Part shown: piece by piece, positions 27,362-31,934 of the stretch
Layout: the number at the start of each line of letters is the position of its first letter
Position numbering within the stretch: the first letter of the stretch is position 1
Source: an uncultured archaeon
GTDB taxonomy: Archaea > Altiarchaeota > Altiarchaeia > JAFGQM01
DNA: 31,934 nucleotides
NCBI GenBank assembly: GCA_964619365.1
Contig: CAZUDQ010000009.1
Span: 1-31,934, forward strand
Direction: 5' to 3'
Made by a program: the position numbers and the translations under genes
The notes under the pieces: model-generated
What the model was told of the DNA's origin: nothing
Database searches by the model: none
What the model saw: only the letters and a program-made list of their open reading frames with translations

Positions 27362-28258
27362 ATGGTACGCCCAAATACTTATCCAACAGTCTATCAGGCA
27401 ATTGTCTATAATGTCATGAGTCAGGCTCCAAGGGATGCACGCGGAGCATTTAAAAAATCACTTAATACTACTAGAGTCCTTCCTGTAGACAGGCTACCTG
27501 GAGCTGGCCCGGGCACAGTTACAAAAGGGCTTAATGTGCATCAAGGCTTTGTCGACCCAAGAACTGGTGCGCGCCTTGGTACAAACACTATAATGATTCC
27601 AGGTCAGGATATTGCTCAGTTAAATGTCCTACTCAAGCATGGAAATCCTATGGAACGAAAGGCGGCAGAAAGCGCCCTTAAGACTCTTTCCCACGAAACG
27701 GCACATAATGTCGCGACAAGTACAGGCTATGAAAAAAGGATGGCGAGATATCTGCGCGAAAATCCTTCTGTACTCGTAAGAGAAATAACTCCGTTTATTG
27801 CAAGTCAAAAGGGTATTGGCCGTAAATCTGCCAAAAAGCTTGCGGACAAGGCTGTAAGGAAAGCTCCTCGCTCCATGGCATCCCAAATAGCCCACGCCAA
27901 AAACGAAGCAATGGCAGACCTTATGGGTACAGAGACTGCGGTAAAGCTTGCTGAGGGACGCCATGCTACAATAAAGGATTATGAGCGCCTAAACAAGGGA
28001 CGTCCAGAAATCGTGCGCGCATACACGGAAGGTGCTGCAATGTCGCGGATGGGTACACAAAAGAGAAGAAGATCCTCTTGGATGGAGCGCGCCTCAGGAA
28101 AGATGGAGCACTTCTCTGGAGAATTTGTCGAGGGTATGGCAAAGATGGACAGAACGGCGCACGTACGTCAAGGCGCAGCCGAAATGAAAGAGCGTCAGGA
28201 GGCCAAAAAATCCCGAGAAAAAATGCTTAAGAAACAAAGGATGCACAGGCGCCGCTAA
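27362..28258 (+). CDS. Orphan basic protein, putative zincin metalloprotease
   Basis: 298 aa; 'TLSHETAH' (HExxH, aa 111-115) and 'NEAMAD' (ExxAD, aa 182-186); very K/R-rich. Confidence 0.65.
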   Translation: MVRPNTYPTVYQAIVYNVMSQAPRDARGAFKKSLNTTRVLPVDRLPGAGPGTVTKGLNVHQGFVDPRTGARLGTNTIMIPGQDIAQLNVLLKHGNPMERKAAESALKTLSHETAHNVATSTGYEKRMARYLRENPSVLVREITPFIASQKGIGRKSAKKLADKAVRKAPRSMASQIAHAKNEAMADLMGTETAVKLAEGRHATIKDYERLNKGRPEIVRAYTEGAAMSRMGTQKRRRSSWMERASGKMEHFSGEFVEGMAKMDRTAHVRQGAAEMKERQEAKKSREKMLKKQRMHRRR

Positions 28259-28324
28259 TGTGCATTAAAAAATAAAAGAAATGGGCTACTTTTAATTATC
28301 CAAAGCTTAATATTTGTAAGGAAT

Positions 28325-28651
28325 ATGGACAATGCACTTACTGAAGAAGACCTCGATTTTATTCAGGCATCAGGAATGCCAAAGATAAAGGAAGCGGCTT
28401 ATCACTTCACCAGGGGATTTTTAGCGCAGGGAAAAGCACTTCCAGCCTCTGAAGAAGAGCACCCAGTCATAAAGGCATTAAAGAGTATTTGTGCCGATGA
28501 CAGAAAATGTCTTGAGCGCGATTTTGCAATTCCTTCTAAAGGGTCATTATCCGATGCAGATATCGATGCAATAGTGGGCGGCGCAATCTCATGGATAAAT
28601 TGCCAGGTTAAGACCTCTGGAAAAGTGCAGGCCAGACTGGATGAGTTTTAA
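28325..28651 (+). CDS. Small hypothetical protein with C-terminal PIP-box-like motif
   Basis: 108 aa, ends QARLDEF; 3 nt upstream of fibrillarin. Confidence 0.65.
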   Translation: MDNALTEEDLDFIQASGMPKIKEAAYHFTRGFLAQGKALPASEEEHPVIKALKSICADDRKCLERDFAIPSKGSLSDADIDAIVGGAISWINCQVKTSGKVQARLDEF

Positions 28652-28654
28652 GGG

Positions 28655-29311
28655 ATGTCAATTATGTTTCCGGGAATAACAATCAAGGGCAAAAACATTT
28701 ATACGACGCCATTTTCAAAAAATACTGTTTATGGCGAAAAGATAATTGAGTCGCAAAACGGCGCCCTTCGCGAGTGGAACCCGTTTCGCAGCAAGCTTGC
28801 AGCAGCAATCTTAAATGGGCTTAAGGAATGTCCAGTAAAACCGGGCGCCGATATTTTGTATCTTGGGGCCTCAACCGGAACAACTCCAAGCCACGTCTCA
28901 GATATTGTGGGAGAAGGAGGGCATGTCTATGCACTTGAATATTCAGAGACCTCTATCAGGCGTCTTTTGGACGTTGCAAGTTCACGCCCTAATATGAGTG
29001 CACTTCTTGGTGATGCGCGCAATCCTGATCCTTATAAGTATCTTGTTGGAAACGTTAATGTCATATATCAAGATGTCGCACAGCCCGACCAGGTAGACAT
29101 AATAAAAAAGAACGCGCGCGAGTTCTTAAACAAGGGAGATCCATGCCTTTTATGTCTTAAGGCAAGAAGTATTGATGTCTCACTTGAACCTACAAAGATA
29201 TTTAAAAAAGTTGAAGCAGATCTCCTAAGCGACTTTAAGATTAAGGAGACAATCGAGCTTGTGCCGTATGATAAAGACCACAGGTTTTATTTCCTGGAAT
29301 TTTTAGGCTAA
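28655..29311 (+). CDS. flpA: Fibrillarin-like rRNA/tRNA 2'-O-methyltransferase
   Basis: 'VYGEK', 'REWNPFRSKLAAAI', 'LYLGASTGTTPSHVSDI', 'YQDVAQPDQ', 'LKARSID', 'PYDKDH'. Confidence 0.97.
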   Translation: MSIMFPGITIKGKNIYTTPFSKNTVYGEKIIESQNGALREWNPFRSKLAAAILNGLKECPVKPGADILYLGASTGTTPSHVSDIVGEGGHVYALEYSETSIRRLLDVASSRPNMSALLGDARNPDPYKYLVGNVNVIYQDVAQPDQVDIIKKNAREFLNKGDPCLLCLKARSIDVSLEPTKIFKKVEADLLSDFKIKETIELVPYDKDHRFYFLEFLG

Positions 29312-29322
29312 CCCAATGTTAT

Positions 29323-30129
29323 TTAAAGAAAGGGTATGGCACCTGCCAAGTAAAGCAAGTATGCACAAATCACAATTGAGATAAGCGCAATTGCAATTCC
29401 GATATAAGCAGTCCTTTTTGCGGAAGCTGCATTTTTTCCTATACCATAAACAGCATCATCCCTTAGCGTCTCAAGTTCTGTTGTCAATGCGGCCGCGGCA
29501 TCTGCTAGAGAGCTTGCATGGGAATAAAGCTGTGAAAAATTTGAGTTGTCTTTTATCCCTGGAATCTTTGTTGCTCCTGAAGAAAGTGATAGAAGGAGAA
29601 TTGCAATGCGTGAAAACGCGTCTTTTGCCGTCTCTGAATTTGAATATAAGGAAAGCGCACGCTCAGGTCCCTTGCTTATATTTGACTTAATGCTTCTGGC
29701 AAGTTTCTGAAGGTCAAGAAGGTATGCAGCGTTTGCAGTATTTATCGCTTCGATAACAGAGTAAAGCGTGCTTGTCGCATTAAGGCTTCCTGCCATCATA
29801 AGCTCGTTAACAGATGCTGTCGCCTCATCACATATTGTGTCTTTTTCACCGTGAAGCGTTATTATGAAATTGTCAGATACGGCAACAATCAGTGCTTTTT
29901 TTGACTTTTCAGAGTAGTAAGGCAAAACCATATTAAGATATCTTCCGCTTGAATCTTTTGACTTCCCCAAGTCCGCAACGCCAAACCTTTCTGAGAGTGC
30001 AAGACTTATCCCCGGATCCATGCGTTCTATATCTATCCAGGAAAAATCGGCATGAAGGAGTTTTATATCTTCGGGACTAGCGTCCCCTGAAATCTTGAGA
30101 TTACCGTCCTTGACAGAAAGTATTTTCAT
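29323..30129 (-). CDS. CorA-like protein, degenerate (single C-terminal TM, no GMN motif)
   Basis: CorA soluble-domain-like 'FSWIDIE', 'NFIITLH', long helices; only one C-terminal hydrophobic segment. Confidence 0.55.
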   Translation of the reverse strand: MKILSVKDGNLKISGDASPEDIKLLHADFSWIDIERMDPGISLALSERFGVADLGKSKDSSGRYLNMVLPYYSEKSKKALIVAVSDNFIITLHGEKDTICDEATASVNELMMAGSLNATSTLYSVIEAINTANAAYLLDLQKLARSIKSNISKGPERALSLYSNSETAKDAFSRIAILLLSLSSGATKIPGIKDNSNFSQLYSHASSLADAAAALTTELETLRDDAVYGIGKNAASAKRTAYIGIAIALISIVICAYLLYLAGAIPFL

Positions 30130-30133
30130 TGTC

Positions 30134-30730
30134 TCATTCAATAGATGTGTGGCGGCACATCATGTGCTTTTCGCTTCGTTCGAGTTTAAGGATGAGTTCG
30201 GCGATAAGCCCGTCAAAAAAGAGCATTGCAGTGTCTTCAAATAATGTGCCCATTGGAGCAAGAGTCACGCTTTGACCTTCAATCTGGCGCCTATCATAGT
30301 CCTCTGTGCTTATATCAAGTTTTGTCTTGCCTTTAAGTACAAGAGTCAAGTCTGCAATCTTGCTTAAAGAAGAAGTGGGATAAGAGCATATTGCAAATAT
30401 CTTAACGCCGCTCTTTTTTGCAGAGCGCGCAAAGTCAAGGACTGAGGAGGTCTCACCACTTCCGGAGATACATATAAAGAGGTCGTCTTCATGAATCGAA
30501 GGAGTTATTGTCTCGCCGATGACGTATGCCTGGATATCAAGGTGGACAAGACGCATTGCAAAGGCGCGAGCTGCAAGGCCGCTTCGTCCTGCGCCGTAGA
30601 TAAACACCCTTTTTGCGCCAAGAATCTCGCATATGAGTGATTCAATTGATTTCTCATCAATTTGTGAAACTGAGTTTATTGCAAAATTAGCTATCCCGCG
30701 TACTGTACTCTTTAAGACCTGTTCGCTCAT
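30134..30730 (-). CDS. hxlB: 6-phospho-3-hexuloisomerase (SIS domain)
   Basis: 'FIYGAGRSGLAARAFAMRLVHL', 'IGETITP', 'ISGSGET', 'APMGTLFE', 'RHTSIE'. Confidence 0.95.
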   Translation of the reverse strand: MSEQVLKSTVRGIANFAINSVSQIDEKSIESLICEILGAKRVFIYGAGRSGLAARAFAMRLVHLDIQAYVIGETITPSIHEDDLFICISGSGETSSVLDFARSAKKSGVKIFAICSYPTSSLSKIADLTLVLKGKTKLDISTEDYDRRQIEGQSVTLAPMGTLFEDTAMLFFDGLIAELILKLERSEKHMMCRHTSIE

Positions 30731-30819
30731 GCTAATTTAATCGGAGGGGGAATAAAAGCGATTTCCAATAAGGGTATTTCGCGGAGTGAAAATTTAATTA
30801 TTCAAGTTAAATGAGATAC

Positions 30820-31934
30820 TTAATGGTACCATTTAGCCTTCCCACCACGCAAGGTAATTGCCAGGACTACAAATAATACAACAAAAAGGGCTACTATAAC
30901 GTATATCACATCCATATTCTCCTGCGCCTGTGTAACTATGATTCCTTCCTCGGGCAAACGCTCCTCGGGTTCAGGGATGAATTCGACTTTAACCTCAGGT
31001 TTATTATCGGCGTCAAGAGCTCCACCCACAGATATTTCGGTTATGGTTGTTTTGCCGTTTGCATCCGTATATGTCAAAAGCCACTTACCCTCCTGGTCAA
31101 AGTCTAGAGCCACCATACCATTGATTAAGGGAAGATATTCTTCTGTCCCGTCAGGTCTTATGACTTCTAAGCTTCCAGAGGCCAAAGAACCATCCGAATC
31201 TTCAACAATTACCTCTATTTCTCCCCCGATAACCGGGTTCCCCTCAAAATCAATGCTGGGATATCCTGGAATTTTAATATCGGGTCCTATGGTCGCTCCT
31301 GATCCATCCCAAGTATAAGAATGGTCTTCACTGGGTGGATCTGGTTGTGGTGGGGAAGTTTTCTTGTACCATACTCGAGAAGTCGTCCCCGTATTGTTAA
31401 GCATATCGTTGCAGTAGGCTCGCAGATAATACTTTCCATTAGAAATTCTGTCCCATGCATAATGGAAGGACGTGGAAGTCAAGCTGGTCATTGTATGATT
31501 GCTATCAGATATGCTAAGGACGCAAGATATCAAATCCTCAGAGGATAGGACTCTGATATTTACACTTGATGAGGTTGATGACCTGTTGTAGTTCCAATCC
31601 CATTGTAAAACCGGTGCTGAGGCGTCGACATATAGCCAAGCCTCTGTCGTGTTAGCGGGATTTCCTACCAGGTCTTCGCATGTTGCGTTGATACTAGAAT
31701 AATTGCCGTCTGTAATGCCCGTTCTTGCCCAGCATACGTTACTTGCGACACTTGAGTTGACATAGTCTGTGCCGTTGAAGTGAAGGGTACAGTTGCCAGT
31801 CTCACTTAGGTTGACACAGATCTCGGTATGGTCCACGTTTATCGAGGAATTGACATCAGTCCAGTTCCAGTCAAGGTTGGGTGCTGAGGCGTCGACATAT
31901 AGCCAAGCCTCTGTCGTGTTAGCGGGATTTCCTA
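30820..31934 (-). CDS. Cell-surface glycoprotein, 5'-partial; ~89-aa Ig-like repeats and C-terminal membrane anchor
   Basis: Frame stays open to the window edge (GNPANTTEAWLYVDASAPNLDWNW...); many NxS/T sequons; PPQPDPPS linker; C-terminal TM plus basic tail RGGKAKWYH. Confidence 0.85.
   Translation of the reverse strand, partial: GNPANTTEAWLYVDASAPNLDWNWTDVNSSINVDHTEICVNLSETGNCTLHFNGTDYVNSSVASNVCWARTGITDGNYSSINATCEDLVGNPANTTEAWLYVDASAPVLQWDWNYNRSSTSSSVNIRVLSSEDLISCVLSISDSNHTMTSLTSTSFHYAWDRISNGKYYLRAYCNDMLNNTGTTSRVWYKKTSPPQPDPPSEDHSYTWDGSGATIGPDIKIPGYPSIDFEGNPVIGGEIEVIVEDSDGSLASGSLEVIRPDGTEEYLPLINGMVALDFDQEGKWLLTYTDANGKTTITEISVGGALDADNKPEVKVEFIPEPEERLPEEGIIVTQAQENMDVIYVIVALFVVLFVVLAITLRGGKAKWYH
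31613..31934. repeat. Identical >=55-bp direct repeat, 267-bp period
   Basis: 31613-31667 is identical to 31880-31934; the second copy is cut by the window end. Confidence 0.9.

Noticed and set aside
31613-31934. Diversity-generating retroelement TR/VR pair
   Set aside because: The copies are identical with no adenine-specific mismatches, and no reverse transcriptase is in the window.

Overview
Archaeal chromosomal window. A DPANN-type lineage is inferred from gene content and compact gene packing, but the taxon cannot be fixed from sequence alone. Both edges carry partial surface-protein genes on the - strand: a >1468-aa double GLUG-repeat protein missed by the ORF track (1..4405), and a repeat-module protein with a C-terminal membrane anchor (30820..>31934). 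Between them lie housekeeping genes: a degenerate LutB-like protein, gar1, an N-terminally truncated divergent TFB, Rqc2/NFACT, aroE, an AbrB-RelE toxin-antitoxin pair, uppP, argS, rio1, a KH/Dim2 protein, membrane proteins including two Yip1-like paralogs, hisH, GGPP synthase, two DUF116 genes, nop5, smc-scpA-scpB, fibrillarin, a degenerate CorA-like gene and hxlB. The most unusual region is the ~7.9-kb block separating nop5 from fibrillarin. There the smc-scpAB operon is flanked by three very basic, Cys-free orphan proteins and a small protein ending in a PIP-box-like motif. One orphan has a glycine zipper, one has an HExxH...ExxAD metalloprotease signature, and two share an identically spaced TTTTATA-N16-TAGCTGA upstream motif. 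No tRNA, rRNA, CRISPR array or transposase was seen.
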